A DNA stretch of 64,000 bases from positions 5,704,001-5,768,000 of the forward strand of contig NW_027211886.1 in the NCBI RefSeq assembly GCF_036971445.1, given 5' to 3'. Both the position numbers and the translations under genes were made by a program. This stretch comes from Narcine bancroftii (lineage: Eukaryota). The notes below the pieces were generated by a model, which made no database searches, was not told the DNA's origin, and saw only the letters and a list, made by a program, of their open reading frames with translations. Of this stretch, positions 48,777-61,730 are shown one piece after another. Each line of letters opens with the position of its first letter. The first letter of the stretch is position 1.

Positions 48777-51021
48777 CAGTAAAACCCCTGGTATCCAGCA
48801 CCAGTGGGGTTTGGTAGATGCTGGATATGTGTATTTTCTGGGTTGCTTGATATTAACTCTTAAAATGCCAAACTAATACACCTGCATAAAGAATAAACAG
48901 TTTAAAAAGACAAGAATATTATACTCTACACACTGAACAAGCTTCACTTGCATGAATGTAAAAAGGGTTCAAGGAGGAAGCCTGGCAACTATTGGCCTGT
49001 AAGTTTGACGTCTGTGGTAGGTAAATTAATGGAGAAAATTCTTAGAGATAGTATTTATAAACATCTGGATAGACAGGGTCTGATCAGGAGCACTCAACAT
49101 GGATTTGTGGGAGGAAGGTCATGTTTGACCAATCTGATTGAATTTTTTGAAGAGGTGACTAGGAATGTGGATGAGGGTAGCGCAGTGGATGTTGTCTATA
49201 TGGACTTCAGTAAGGCCTTCAATAAGGTACCACATGGAAGGTTAGTTAGGAAGGTGCAGTCTTTAGGTATAAATTTTGAGATAGTCAAATGGATTGAACA
49301 TTGGCTGAAAGGGAGAGGCCAGAGAGTGGTAGTGGATAATTGTCTGTCAGGTTGGAGGCCGGTGACCAGTGGTGTGCCTCAAGGATCTGTATTGGGCCCA
49401 TTGTTGTTCGTTATATACATTAATGATCTAGATGATGGGGTGGTAAATTGGATTAGTAAATATGCAGACGATACTAAGATAGGTGGAATAGTGAATAATG
49501 AAGAAGGTTTTCAAGGATTGCAGAGGGATTTGGGCTGCTTCGAAAAGTGGGCTGAAAAATGGCAGATGGAATTTAATGCTGATAAGTCTGAGGTGCTTCA
49601 TTTTGGTAAGAAGAATCAGAACAGGACATACGTGGTAAATGGGAGAGCATTGATGAATACAGAAGAGCAGAAAGATTTAGGATTAACGGTACATCGTTTC
49701 CTGAAGGTAGAAACTCACGTGAATAGGGTGGTGAAGAAGGCTTTTAGTATGCTGGCCTTTATCAATCATTGCATGGAATATAGGAGTTGGGAGGTGATGT
49801 TGAGACTGTATAAGACGTTGGTGCGGCCTAATTTGGAGTTCTGTGTGCAGTTCTGGTCGCCTAATTATAGGAAGGATATAAACAGAGTGGAGAGAGTGCA
49901 GGTTTACCAAAATGTTACCTGGGTTTAAGCATCTAGAGTATAGGGAGAGATTGGACAGATTAGGTCTTTATTCTTTGGAGCGTAGAAGGTTGAGAAGGGA
50001 TTTGACAGAAGTATTTAAGATTATGAAAGGGATAGACAGAGTGGATGTGGATAGACTATTTCCGTTAAGAGGAGGAAAGATTAAAACAAGAGGACGTGAG
50101 TTAAGAATTAAGGGGCAGAGGTTTAGAGGTAACATGAGGGGGAACTTCTTTACTCAGAGAGTGGTAGCCGTGTGGAATGAGCTTCCGGGAGAAATAGTGG
50201 CGGCGGAGTCAATTGTATTATTTAAGAAAAGGTTGGACAGATATATGGATGAGAAGAAGATGGAGGGTTATGGGCATTGTGCAGGGAGGTGGGACTAGAG
50301 TGGGGTGTTTGGTTCGGTGCAGACTAGAAGGGCCTAATGGCCTGTTTCTGTGCTGTAAATTATTATGTTATGTTATGTTCCTTAAAGCATTTTACTTTAT
50401 TTTCAGACACATTTTTTGAAAGCATTCAACCATCACTGAATCTGCAGGTTCCTCCCCCTCTACGGAGCCACCCAAAAGACAAACAATAATGTCATAGATA
50501 ATTAACCCCCTTCCCCAAGTTTACAGATAAAGCCTTTGACCGAAGCAACTCACTGTTAGTTTGTTTACGTTCCTTATCTGTTTACAGTTCTTTTATTTGT
50601 TTGCATGTTTACGCTGTGTACAATTAATTTTTTTGCCTTACCAATTAGTGGTAATTCTGCCATTCCTGCAGTAAAAGGGAATCTCAGGGTTGTATGTGAT
50701 GTCATGTATGTAGTACTCTGACAATAAATCTGATATCTTACTAAGTAGGGATAAGGAGACACTTTAAGAGAGTCACCCCACAGCGAGCAGCATCAACCAG
50801 CTCTTCATCCTGGGCAACCAGATGCCTCTAGTAAAGCACGACCAAGGCCCTCTGCTGGCTGAATATTTGCTCCAATCTTCACTTCACTTGTAAACTTGTA
50901 CATTTTTGCCTATTATTTTATTTTTATTTATTTTAATTTTTAAAAAATTTATATTCCTCAAATTTTTTTTTGGTCTTTGCTTGAGAATGCCAGTTGCTTG
51001 AATTCTGGATACCAGGGTTAT
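48777..51021. mobile_element. Tigger/pogo-like non-autonomous element hosting a nested CR1 and a LINE tail
   Basis: TA followed by cagtaaaacccctggtatccag at left; ctggataccagggtt at right. Confidence 0.65.
48959..50379 (+). mobile_element. Young 5'-truncated CR1 LINE (RT domain to 3' end)
   Basis: 326-aa ORF with PVSLTS, QHGF, DFSKAF, GVPQGSVLGP and YADD; one frameshift near 49900; (tatgt)n tail. Confidence 0.96.
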
Positions 51022-51865
51022 ATGTGTTAAGAAACTTTGGGCGTACCAGTTTCCTCCCATGTTTCAAAGATGTACAGGATTGGTAGGTTAATTGGGTATA
51101 TTTGGATGGCGTGAGCTCATGGGCCGGAAAGGCCTATACACGAACTGTATATATAAATATTTTAAAAAATATATATTAATATTAGTGGGAATTAGTGAAA
51201 AAAGCTGTGTGGCTGGCTGTCAGTGCTCAGGATGTCAAGGAGAACTGCCTGCCATGGGATCAGCTTGATGGGAGCATGTTGGGTTGGGGAGCATGAAGCA
51301 GTCCCTCCATTATTGTCAATCCAGATAAGCTGTGCTTTAACAAGGTAGACTGGTGTGTTTTCCTCACAGGGAGGTTGGTTAAGGAGATGGCCCTGTCCCA
51401 TCCCTGTGCTTCCTCGGCACCCAGTTCCAACTTGACAAGACCTGTCAACAATTCATTCACTTTTGGTTCTCCCCCATGCATGATGCACACAATGAGGCCA
51501 ACTTTCAAAGGAAGTCCATCATTTAATTGCTTATAGATCCTGGCCTTCCAGCACAGTTGTGGCAATCCTTCATGGTTTACCTGAGCAACCTACTAAATCA
51601 AAAGGAGATGCAAGCAAGGATTCCTGGAGAAAAAAATGGGCAGGGAGGGGGAAGGGGGAGAGACAGAAAGGATTATCCGCCATGGATTGTATCCCTGTAA
51701 CACAGCACAAGTTGTCTGAGGAAAATTATTGTTGACACCTGATATTGGAAAAGCAACATTTTGGAAAAAGCAACCTCATTGACATGCTCCCTGTTGTAGT
51801 GGAACTGTCTTCCTTTTGTTTGGGGTACACTTTTGCATTCAAAAATGCTGTGCTTTGTTTTGCAG

Positions 51866-51940
51866 GCAAAGCGAGCAGTGCAGAGAGGCGCGACGGCTGT
51901 CATCTTTGATGTGTCTGAAAACCCAGATGCCATTGATCAG
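51866..51940 (+). CDS. ZNRF3: ZNRF3 internal coding exon (PA/ectodomain; equivalent of human exon 3), 75 nt, phase 0-0
   Basis: Acceptor tgctttgttttgcAG, donor GTatga. Translates [25 protein letters not shown], matching the vertebrate ZNRF3 segment I recall (human ...ENPEAIDQ). Too short for the ORF track. Confidence 0.96.
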
Positions 51941-52878
51941 GTATGAAACATATTCTCACTAATGTCCTACACATTGATGTCGACCAGTTTAGACACAAGA
52001 GAAAAAATGCAAGCAGCCGAGCTGACTGCAGGGTGACCTGATCTTTCTATTCACTTCTTCACTTTGGAAACCATGATGTAAAATGGTGGGTAGTGAACAA
52101 TCCACTTTACCTTGTTAAGGGAGTTCAAACCTGATGAAGTCCATGTCTACCCAAATGTGGCACATGATCAGCTGAGTTTCTCCAGCCCACTTGTGTATTG
52201 CACTTGACCCTTGCATCTGCAGATTGTCTTGTTTAACTACCCAGATGTGTGATGTCAACATACATGGATTCATTGTGCAAAAGGTAGTAGAGAACGGGTA
52301 TCTTATCATAGAGCTGCACCTCAAAAATCAATTGACAGCGTGTGCCACTGAGGTCAAGTGCCTACCTGATCCAGATCCAGAAGGCAGTAATGACTGGCTG
52401 TTCCAGAGTCTTGGAAGATAGAAGCCGGGTATTCAGCCCACCACCACCATCTGACCAGAGGGCACCCTCCTGTAATAATCCCATCTTATGGGCTTGTGCA
52501 ATGTATCGTGTAATTCAGGCACACAGGCAACAACACCCTCAAGGTGGTGGTTGAAATCTGATCATCTTGGTGAGCCAGAGCAAGGTCCATCAAGAGATAA
52601 ATCTTTGACAGACAGCAAGGCAGAGCAATTGTGCTATTTCCCATTGAAATAAGATCTAAGAGTCCATTGACCTCCTACTCCCTGAAGAGGAACTGAAGTC
52701 GAACAGTTCTAGGCAGGTAGGCCATTGTGATCAACCACAAACCAAAACAGATATTTAAGATGAAACCTCAACACTTCCTTCTTGGGCCATTAGAAATGTA
52801 CAGTTGTTGCCAGCCTGACCTGCATATCTTTGATGGTCAAACAAAACAAGGGGAACACAGTTAGAGCACCAGTTAACA

Positions 52879-53919
52879 CAGGGGTGGCCAAACATGCAGA
52901 TCTTTGACATGTAATGTGAAGCTCGCAGGGAGGGTAGGTGTCTGCAGCGGGGAGGGTAGGTGGCGGCAGTGGGGAGGGTAGGTATCACCAGCGTGGAGAG
53001 TAGGTGTCTGCAACGTGGAGGGTGGCTGTCACCAGTGGGGAGGGTAGACGTTGGCATTGGGGAGAGTAGCTGTCGTCAGCGTGGAGGGTAGGTGTTGGCA
53101 GCAGGGACGGTAGGTGTCGGCAGTGGGGAGGGTAGATGTCGGCAGCGGGGAGGGTAGGTGTCCGCAGCAGGGAGGGTAGGTGTCGGCAGTGGGGAGGGTA
53201 GGTGTCGGCATTGGGGAGGGTGGCTGTCAGCGGGTTGCCGGCTGACTGTCAACAGCCAGCCCTCTGCTAGGCACCTGAAAGCTGCTAGCCGCTTTGACTT
53301 GCTGCTTTCAGGTGCCTAGGGGGAACGTTTAGTGTGTAGACTTGATTAGATAAAAATCTTTTGCAAAATTGCTCCCTTTGGAACAGTGCTTCTTTACTAT
53401 CTGCTTTGTGCCAGCATTTTGCAAATGGATGATTTGCAAGACAAGAATTGGAAAATACTTTCCCAACAAAACTGTCCCAGGCTGGGCAACCTCCCACGCC
53501 GGCTGCCCCAGCCCCGTAGTCCTGCACCAGCTGCCCCAGCCCTGATGTCCCGCACCGGGGGACTGTCAGGCAGCAGGGAGTTGGGCCGCCGGGCAGCGGG
53601 GAGGGGGGCTGTCAGGCGTGGGGAGTTGGGTCGTCGTCTGATTATCATTAGCCGCTTTCAGGCTGCTGCTTTCTAGTGACTAGGGGGAGTGCTTGGAAAC
53701 GGAGAATATACCTCTCCCTCGGGGACAGGTTTTCCGCTTTCAGGTGGCCTCCCGACAGCTGCTTTCGGGTATTTTAGGGAGCTTTATATTCGGGTAATAT
53801 GGCCTCCTGAAAGGGGCTAAAGATAGTGTTAGTGGGTGTGGCTTGCGATTGCTACGGCTCTCAAACATCTGAAGTTTATGGTATTCGGCTCTTACGTTAA
53901 GCAGCTTTGGCCACCCCTG
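52879..53919. mobile_element. Non-autonomous hAT transposon (1041 bp) inserted in a SINE head
   Basis: Perfect 14-bp TIR caggggtggccaaa / tttggccacccctg; exact 8-bp TSD agttaaca (52871-52878 / 53920-53927). The SINE resumes at 53920-54110. Confidence 0.95.
52927..53232 (+). repeat. G-rich 22-bp minisatellite (about 14 units) inside the hAT element
   Basis: Consensus ggggagggtaggtgtcggcagt. Confidence 0.92.
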
Positions 53920-54721
53920 AGTTAACATAACACTACGACAGCGCCAGTGAATCTTCTGTTGTCCGTAAGGAGTTTGTATGCTCTGCCTGTGTCCGCATTG
54001 GTTTCCTCCAGGAGCTCCAGTTTCCACCCACGTTCCAAAGATAGTCACAGGGTTTATTTGGGCTCATGGGCTGGAAGGGTCTCTAATCATGCTGTATTTC
54101 TAAATTAAATTTAAAAAGAATAAATTAAAGCCAAGATCATACCCTTGCTCACATTTGCACACAGAGTACATTTAAGGAGGAGATGAAGGTGGTAACCTTG
54201 GGCAACACTTTCCTTCCATTCAATTGGCAATAAGCGTCAGAGCCAGGAGATGGAGCCTGGGGATTTTATCCATTTTTAATGCTCTGTTACATAAGCCACA
54301 GAACAAACAAATGCTTCCCAGCATGTTTCTTCAAGTCATTAATTAATACAGCAATAAGCAGAAGCAGGGCCGCTTGTCAATTGCAGAAAATCCAGAAAAC
54401 ACCCAGCACTGCTTTTGCCACCCAGGCCCCTTCAGTCTCTGCCATTGGAATATGCCGGGCATCAAGAAGTCACGTTCCTCTATGCATTTTTTTTTGCTCC
54501 TTTTTAAACCCCAATGTTGAAAAGTCTCTACCATTCCAGGCAAATGCTCTACAGCCATGGTAAATACTGAGTAGAACAGATTGAAATAGTCAAAAACCCA
54601 GGGTTAAATTACATTTTGGAATTTTAAAGCAATCCAAGGCTCATGAACTGTCATTAACTGTGATTTCTTTGATATCTCACAATGAAAAGATGGTTTGTTT
54701 CTGGAAAACCAACCAATAGAT

Positions 54722-54970
54722 TGGGTAGCACAGTAGGTGAAGCAGTCAGTGCAGTGCCTTTACAGCGCCAGCAACTGGAACATGGGTTCGAATCCCGTGC
54801 TGTCTGTCAGGAGTTTGTACATTCTTCCCATGTCTGCATGGGTTTTCCCCAGGGCCTCTGGTTTCCTCCCACTCTTAAAAATCTATTGGGATTGTCAGTT
54901 AGTAAATTGGATGACCTGGGCTCGTGGGCTGAAATGGCCTGTTACCTGTTAAAAATTTTAAATTTAGATA
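54722..54970 (+). mobile_element. HE1/V-type tRNA-derived SINE
   Basis: B box ggttcgaatcc, V-domain ggtttcctcccac, tail gggctgaaatggcctgttac. Confidence 0.87.
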
Positions 54971-55699
54971 TGAATTATTAGTTTTATCGCCCAATTAAAG
55001 TGGATCTCATCACCAAGCTATGTTTATTGTTGGAATTTAGTTTGTGGAGAATTTTCAAGAGCTGGCATTTGCATGTGAAACTGGTTTCAGTATTGAAATT
55101 ACTGAAATGTTGACAGAGGATCTGTGTTGATAATTGTAGCGACTCCTCAATTCATGGTTTAACCTTTTTTTTTTGGCGGTAGCCCCCCTAAGGACTCTGC
55201 CCAAAGTTTATGGGCCCCTTTCCCTGTGAAGCAGTCAAGTTTAGTTGGTTTCTTCCGTTCTTCTCTCCTATCAACCGGATAAAATACGTCAAAACTATTT
55301 TAACATTTCAGTCCGTGACTGCCTCCCTTAAATCCTGTGCGTATGCAATTTGAAACATGGCTGAGAGGAGCAGGTGGATATTCCTAGTGACTGTTCACGT
55401 TTTCGTAGCTGAATGAAGATTGCCTATTATTATTTAACTGTTCCATATTTATTATGTCCTAAGACTATTGAGATAGTAGAAGTTAGACTGGGTAGCTGTG
55501 ATCTTCTTCACATCAGCTCCTCGCTCTCTGTATTGAACAGCAGATGGCAAATAATCTGTGCTTATTCGGCTTCTGTTCTCCAACCTTTCAACATAAGGAC
55601 CATAAGCTGGAGTAGATCGGTCTTCTCTTCATGACTGCTCCACTTTTTAAGTAGTCCACTTCAGAAACTTTTGTCTCAGTTGCGCTATCCTGTTTAGAT

Positions 55700-56156
55700 A
55701 GATTTCAGATTTATTGGCAGAGTACATACATGACATCACTTACAACCCTGAGATTCTTTTACCTGCAGGGGTGCAAGAATTACCATTAATTTGTAGTGCA
55801 AAGAAAAAACTGTACACAGTGTATACATTTAAACAAATAAAGAACTGCAAACAGATTATGAATGTAAACAATCTGACTGTGCAGTACAGAAAGAATACAA
55901 AAGAAAATCAATAAAGTGCATAAGTAAGAGTCCTTAAATGAGCCTCTGTTGAGTTTGTCATTGAGGAGTCTGATAGTGGAGGGGTAGCTGTTCCTGAACC
56001 TATTGGTGTGAGTCTTGTGGCACCTATACCTCTTTCCTGATGGCAGCAGCGAGAACAGAACGTGTGCTGGGTGGTGAGGGTCTTTGATGATCGCTGCTGC
56101 TCTCTGACGCAGCATTGCCCGTAGATGTTCTCGATAGTGGGGAGGGTTTTACCTGT
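55700..56156 (-). mobile_element. Rex/Babar-like LINE 3' fragment
   Basis: IIKDPHHPAHVLFSLLPSGKRYR...TNRFRNS plus the shared tail. Confidence 0.85.
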
Positions 56157-56867
56157 ACTATACTATCTAGCCTATACTAATCATAAATTCCTTGATTCCA
56201 TTGATACCCAAAGATCTATCAATCTCTGCCCTCAATATACTCAGTAAATGAGCTTCCACAGCCCTCATCATTAGAGAATTCTTGTCATCTACTTCGTCAC
56301 CTTTATCCCTTCCAGTACAAGAGATGGAATGTAGGGATTGGCTGGAAGTAATAATTTAATTTAATTTGATTTAGATTTAATTTAATTTAGAGATACAGCA
56401 TAATTACAGAACTGTAATGTGGGAGGAAACCAGAGTAACCAGAGGAAACTCTTGCAGTCAGTCACAAGGAGAACATACAAACTATTTACAGCATCAGATT
56501 TGAACTCGGGTTACTGGCGGACAAATATTGTTGCACTAACCCCTACGCTAACTGTACTGCCCTTTAGGAATTAACGGTTGGAGAAAATTTAGAAGGCCAA
56601 TAAATCATATTGCATTACAAAGTTTTTTCATGTTTTTTTGTTTATCAGTTATAGAAATGTTAGATACAAGATAAAAGGGGGCTAGACCAATTGTTCAGAG
56701 CCAAATCACTTGCCAACCGTGTGGAAAGGTGGGCGTGTCACATCGGGAGGTGTTGAATTACCTATGAGAGGAGTGAGGGAGGTATGATTGGAAGCTGGAG
56801 GTCATGTGATGAAATGAATGATGATGAAAGTTTATTGTTATATACGTAAGTACGTAATGCAAAGATG

Positions 56868-57237
56868 TCTCCACTGGCCACCGAGACAGAGGTGCACCAA
56901 AGCAGAGGTACAAGGACTGCTTAAAGAAATCTCTTGGTGCCTGCCACATTGACCACTGCCAGTGGGCTGATATCGCCTCCAACTGTGCATCTTGGCGCCT
57001 CACAGTTCGGCGGGCAGCAACCTCCTTTGAAGAAGTCCGCAGAGCCCACCTCACTGACAAAAGACAAAGGAGGAAAAACCCTACACACAAAGCCAACCAA
57101 CCAATTTTCCCTTGCAACCGCTGAAACCGTGCCTGCCTGTCCCGCATCAGACTTGTCAGTCACCAACAAGCCTGCAGCAGACGTGAACATACCCTTCTAT
57201 AAATCTTCGTCCGTGAAGCCAAGTCAAAGAAAGAAAG
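56868..57237 (+). mobile_element. Older RTE (AviRTE-like) 3' fragment
   Basis: Homologous to the 27010 and 36982 copies but more diverged; (aaag)n tail; TSD aatgcaaagatg / aatgcaaaggtg. Confidence 0.9.
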
Positions 57238-57574
57238 AATGCAAAGGTGCAATGAAATTCTTGCTTGCTGCAGTTTATAGGTGTATGAAACAGACTAACA
57301 AATAATAAATATAAGGATAAATATTCACAATTGCAGTTGTGCAGAAAAAAAAGCTGTTCAAGAGTGCAGACGAAAAAAATTTGGTAGTGCAGAATATCAC
57401 CCAACAAAGTTGGCAACCCCAGATGCCAAGTCTGGGTGAGTACTGAACATGCCTATTTGTCATGTGGTCATTTGGTGGGGACTGTGAGAACTTTTCCTTT
57501 AGCTTCCTCTTTAAGATGTAGGCAAAGATTCAAACTGAACACGTAGAATAGTGATCCCCCTCAGTCCAAGGAAT

Positions 57575-57810
57575 TTAATTTTAATTTAGGCGTACAGCAC
57601 AGTAACAGGCCCTTCTGGCCTACAATCCTGTGCTGCCACATTCCCTAATTTATCTACATCTCCGATACATTTTGAAGGGTGGGAGGAAATCATAACTCCC
57701 AGAGGAAGCCCACACAGTGACAGGGAGAACGTACAAACTGTTTACAGACGGCGCCAGATTTGAACCTGGGTTGATAACAGCGTTGCGCCAACTGCTATGC
57801 TAACCGTGCC
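57575..57810 (-). mobile_element. HE1/V-type SINE; another decayed copy at about 56370-56562
   Basis: Homologous to the 18030 copy. Confidence 0.8.
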
Positions 57811-59240
57811 ATGCCATTTTCTTGCCGTTAATTGTCTGCATGCCACCCACATTTCACAATTAGTCCACTGCCAACAGATCAATTATTGTGCTATTGTAGT
57901 CTGAAATCTCAGGCCCGAAAATTATTCCACATGATTCTCTTGAATAATTGTGAATGTGATATTTTAGCCAGTTTTTTTGCACATTTATTTCATCTCAGTT
58001 AATGCTTCCCTCAAAATAGCAGGAAAAATGTGCAGTGCATTTACCCACACTGAGACAAGGGGCTGAGCTTTTCCAAAGAACTTTTTGGGATATTATGGCC
58101 TAAGTAGTAACTATCCACGTAACTTAAGTTCTTCAGCTGTCTTTTCCCTCTCTGTGCAGTTTCTCCACCGCAGTTACTTTCAGCTACTTGGTGCTATGAG
58201 GTGCTGTGAACACCTCTGGCTCCTGAAATAAAGCATTTGTTCTCTCTCCCTGCTGGCAAGAGTTGCCTCAGCTTTTTAAATCCATATTCCATTCACTTCA
58301 AAGCTGGGTTCTCAGAGCCAACCCCATTGCAGAGTTCATGACAAGACTTCTGATTTGAGCTTCTGTTGGGGATATTTAAAGCAATGGATCTACTTAAAGC
58401 AGAGGTTGATAGGTCTATCAGTGGAAAGGTTATGGGGAGAAGGTAGGAAAATGGGGTTGAAAGGAAAAAATACATAGCCCATGATGGAGCAGTCTTGATA
58501 GGCTGAATTATCAAATTCTGCCCCTAAGTCTGTTAATGGCTCAAAGTGGGAAACGATAGAAAAAAAGATACAACCCACATATTGCTAGATGGAGTAGTTG
58601 TATTACCTGTTCCTAAAGCTCATATTTAATTACAATAATCAGACTCTGGAGCATGCAGCAACCTACATTGTTTCTGTGTATAGTGTGTTATTTTAAAATT
58701 CCTTTTTAGTTCTATGAAGTTCATTTATGAAATGTACCCTCTACTACATTTTCTTGCCAGTTATTATTATGTCTGAAAAGTAACTTTTGTTATTAGATGC
58801 TACAGTTCACAGGGCAGTGACTTGATCCAACCATGAGGCATAATAGAATAGGTTCGAGGACAATCTCCCCTTGCTGTTCAGCAAACCACTGTCCTTTTTT
58901 GCAGAATCAGAGAACAAAGTGACCAATAAACCCATTCAAGCCGGCTGGCAGAACTTTACTAATCATAAGATAGTCAGAATGTACGACTGGTTGTTGGATC
59001 ACACAGAGCCACCCTGCTTGCATAGTTCTGATGGCCAATTGCGGGGTGTCATTGATTGAAATTCCTACCCTTGGGACATTTCACTAACATTGTTGATTTA
59101 GCCAACTCACACTAATTCCCTTGACCAATTTCTTGTCATTGCATTGTACTAGCCCTGGTTTGCTTGCACTTCTAATCTAGTGTCCTGTTACTGTGCTACA
59201 AATGTATCCTATCAAGGCAGATGTTGTTTTTCGTTTGCAG

Positions 59241-59372
59241 TTGAATCAAGGCTCGGAGGACCCGCTGAAACGGCCCGTGGTTTATGTCAAGGGTGTTGAT
59301 GCGGCGAGATTAATGAACATAGTTAACAAGCAGAAAGTAGCCCGAGCGCGGATCCAACACCGACCTCCACGG
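59241..59372 (+). CDS. ZNRF3: ZNRF3 internal coding exon (end of PA domain; equivalent of human exon 4), 132 nt, phase 0-0
   Basis: Acceptor gtttttcgtttgcAG, donor GTaagg. Translates [44 protein letters not shown] (inside ORF 59193..59441) and continues the previous exon in frame. Confidence 0.97.
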
Positions 59373-60789
59373 GTAAGGACAAGGGAATCTTTAGAAATTG
59401 CACCATTACAGTCATATTGTCTGTTCCCAATTTTCAGGTAGAAAGGAACAAAGAGCTTTCTGCTCACTTGATGTCCAAGGAAACAGTAACCATCTCCGAT
59501 TCAGTCCCAATATGTGCTCATGGTCAATTTTAATGCACATTGGTCAATAGAGTGAGTAGAATGTGAAGCATGACTGTACAATCATCCTGGACTCAGGACA
59601 ATCTGTCCAATCTCCCAATGTAAAGTTTGAAATAAACACTTTTTGATTCCCAAGATAAAGAACTACCATCTATCCACTTAGCTCCAATTTAGGTCTGCTA
59701 CTCCACATAGATGATCTCTTCCATGTCAGTACTTTCCATTTCTGACTCTTCACTCCAACCCCTCCTAGCACCACTTCTTGGTGCCAGCATGATCGTTTAA
59801 GGAAGAGGTCACCCTGTAATGGATGCCTTGTTTGTAAGGTAGTGTATGATGATGGAAGGGAATTCTTGCTTACTGCAGCTACATAGGTACATAAAACACA
59901 ATTAAATTAACTCAATGTGCTACGGGATTAGTAAGAAATCTAAAACAATAAATGGATAAACGGATCCCCTTTGATCAAGTTTTCCTATTAAAGTTGAACA
60001 TTTTGTCCCCAAAGTTTGAAGTAGGTGGTTAGAGTATGGATGAAGGTGTACAGCAATCTGCAGAGGTGAGGAGAGTAGATTGTAGGACAGAAATGGGCCA
60101 TCGTGAATTAAATTCCTACTTCATTTTAGAGCCTTTTACAGGGTTCATGAAATAAGGGAAGTGATAGAACATGGTCCTTTGATAACATCCTCAATCTAAT
60201 GTCCATATATTCATCTTACCAGTTTTTATTCTGAATTTCCTTTCACCCAATGTACATATTTGTTGCACTGAGTTAATTTTAGGTCTTTTGTAACTCCAAA
60301 CAGTGCCAATAGCATGTCAGAATTGAGCTAATAGTTTCTTGAATTTTTCTTAGTAATGGCTTTTATTTCTTGATACTTGGGTGCATTATTTTATCTTCTT
60401 TGGAAACTATATATATTAAGGATGCCTGGCATTGCTCGGGAAATCAAACACTCAGTTGTTGACTACATGATTGAAACAAAATTCCCAAAAAACTTAATGG
60501 TAATTCTGCATGAATATATTTTTTTTCTGTTTCCTGCTGCCTGCTCCTTTCCTGTCTGGAAGCATCAACAGTGCGATGAGACTGATGTTCCCCTGGTGTC
60601 TCTTGCTTTCTCCTTTAACTTTATGGGCTTGTGATGAGCATCTGCCAATGTTACTTCACTTTTTTGGGCACCTATTGAACTGGGTTTGGCCACTTGTTTT
60701 TATTCTGAATGTACATTGATGCCCAGCGCTGTCACTAATTGAGGTGTCCCTGGTGCAAGTTCAAAAAAAATTGTTTTGAACTTTTGAAC

Positions 60790-61008
60790 TTCATATGATC
60801 TTAAAGTTTAAATTCAATGTAGTCATGACATTCAGCATCAAATGTTACTGCAATTATAATAAACAGTAATGCAAGTCAGTGTTAGTAAATACTTGTATAA
60901 TAAACAGTAATGCAAGTCAGTACAAGCTAGTAAAAAAAAACACTTGACTTTCACATGATCTTAAAAGGTAAATTCAATGTGGTCATGACATTCAGCATCA
61001 AATGTTAC
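60790..61008. repeat. Nested direct repeats A-B-B-A'
   Basis: 59-bp A at 60790-60848 and 60950-61008; exact 26-bp B at 60855-60880 and 60896-60921. Confidence 0.88.
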
Positions 61009-61092
61009 CCCTAGAGAACCTCCTTGGACATTTCTGGAGTGCTTCATATTGATTTGCATGGAGAACAGACAAACAAGCAGACATATATTTTA

Positions 61093-61730
61093 CCATATAT
61101 TTTGATGTACAAGTCGAGTCTTGAAATCCTAAAAGATTTCTCAAAGTGGGGGGGGGGGTGGTCAACAAATACGCCAGAAAAACCAGATTGACATCAATTC
61201 AGCATATAATCGATGCTGGAAGCACCTCCCCAATGCCGGTGCTGCCACTCCCCGAAACCTCCCCATTGCTGGGCACTACCATAATGGCTCCTACCTGGGA
61301 CTCTGAGGTCACGACCACTGCTCATGCCTCGTAGGCCGAGATCCTTACTCATGCTGGGAGCACGACGTCGGCAATCCAGCTCTGTGGGCTGTTGCCGCTG
61401 CTGCCTGATAGGCCGAACTTTCAGCTCCTGCCTGGAGCACGATGTCGCCGCTCCAGCTCCGTTGCTGCCTGGTAGGCAAAGGTTTCTGCAACCATCAGGC
61501 TGCTGTCCCAGCTCCGTAGGACGTCACTGCTCCTGCCTGATAGGCTGGGGTTTATTTTTACTCACTGAATTTATATTTACTTGTGATTAGGGTATTTAAA
61601 AACTTTGGGGTTGTTCCTGGGAGGCCCAGACAGCCCTAAAAATGGGGGTCAACTTATATACCGAATATTCCATAGAACCCTTCAAATTAAACTGAAAAAT
61701 GGTGGTCGACTTAAATGCTAAAATATACGG
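61093..61730. mobile_element. Tc1/mariner (Tc2-like) non-autonomous element
   Basis: TA-flanked TIRs ccatatattttgatgtacaagtcga / tcgacttaaatgctaaaatatacgg; subterminal ggtcaac repeats. Confidence 0.75.

Noticed and set aside
52342-52420. IQKAVMTGCSRVL resembling the C-terminus of R4/Dong-type retrotransposons
   Set aside because: One short motif with no supporting upstream domain.
52927-53232. Regular repeat array as a possible CRISPR
   Set aside because: Head-to-tail units with no unique spacers, no cas genes, vertebrate context.
54722-54800. tRNA-like sequence with B box
   Set aside because: Head of a tRNA-derived SINE with multiple copies in the window; no intact cloverleaf.
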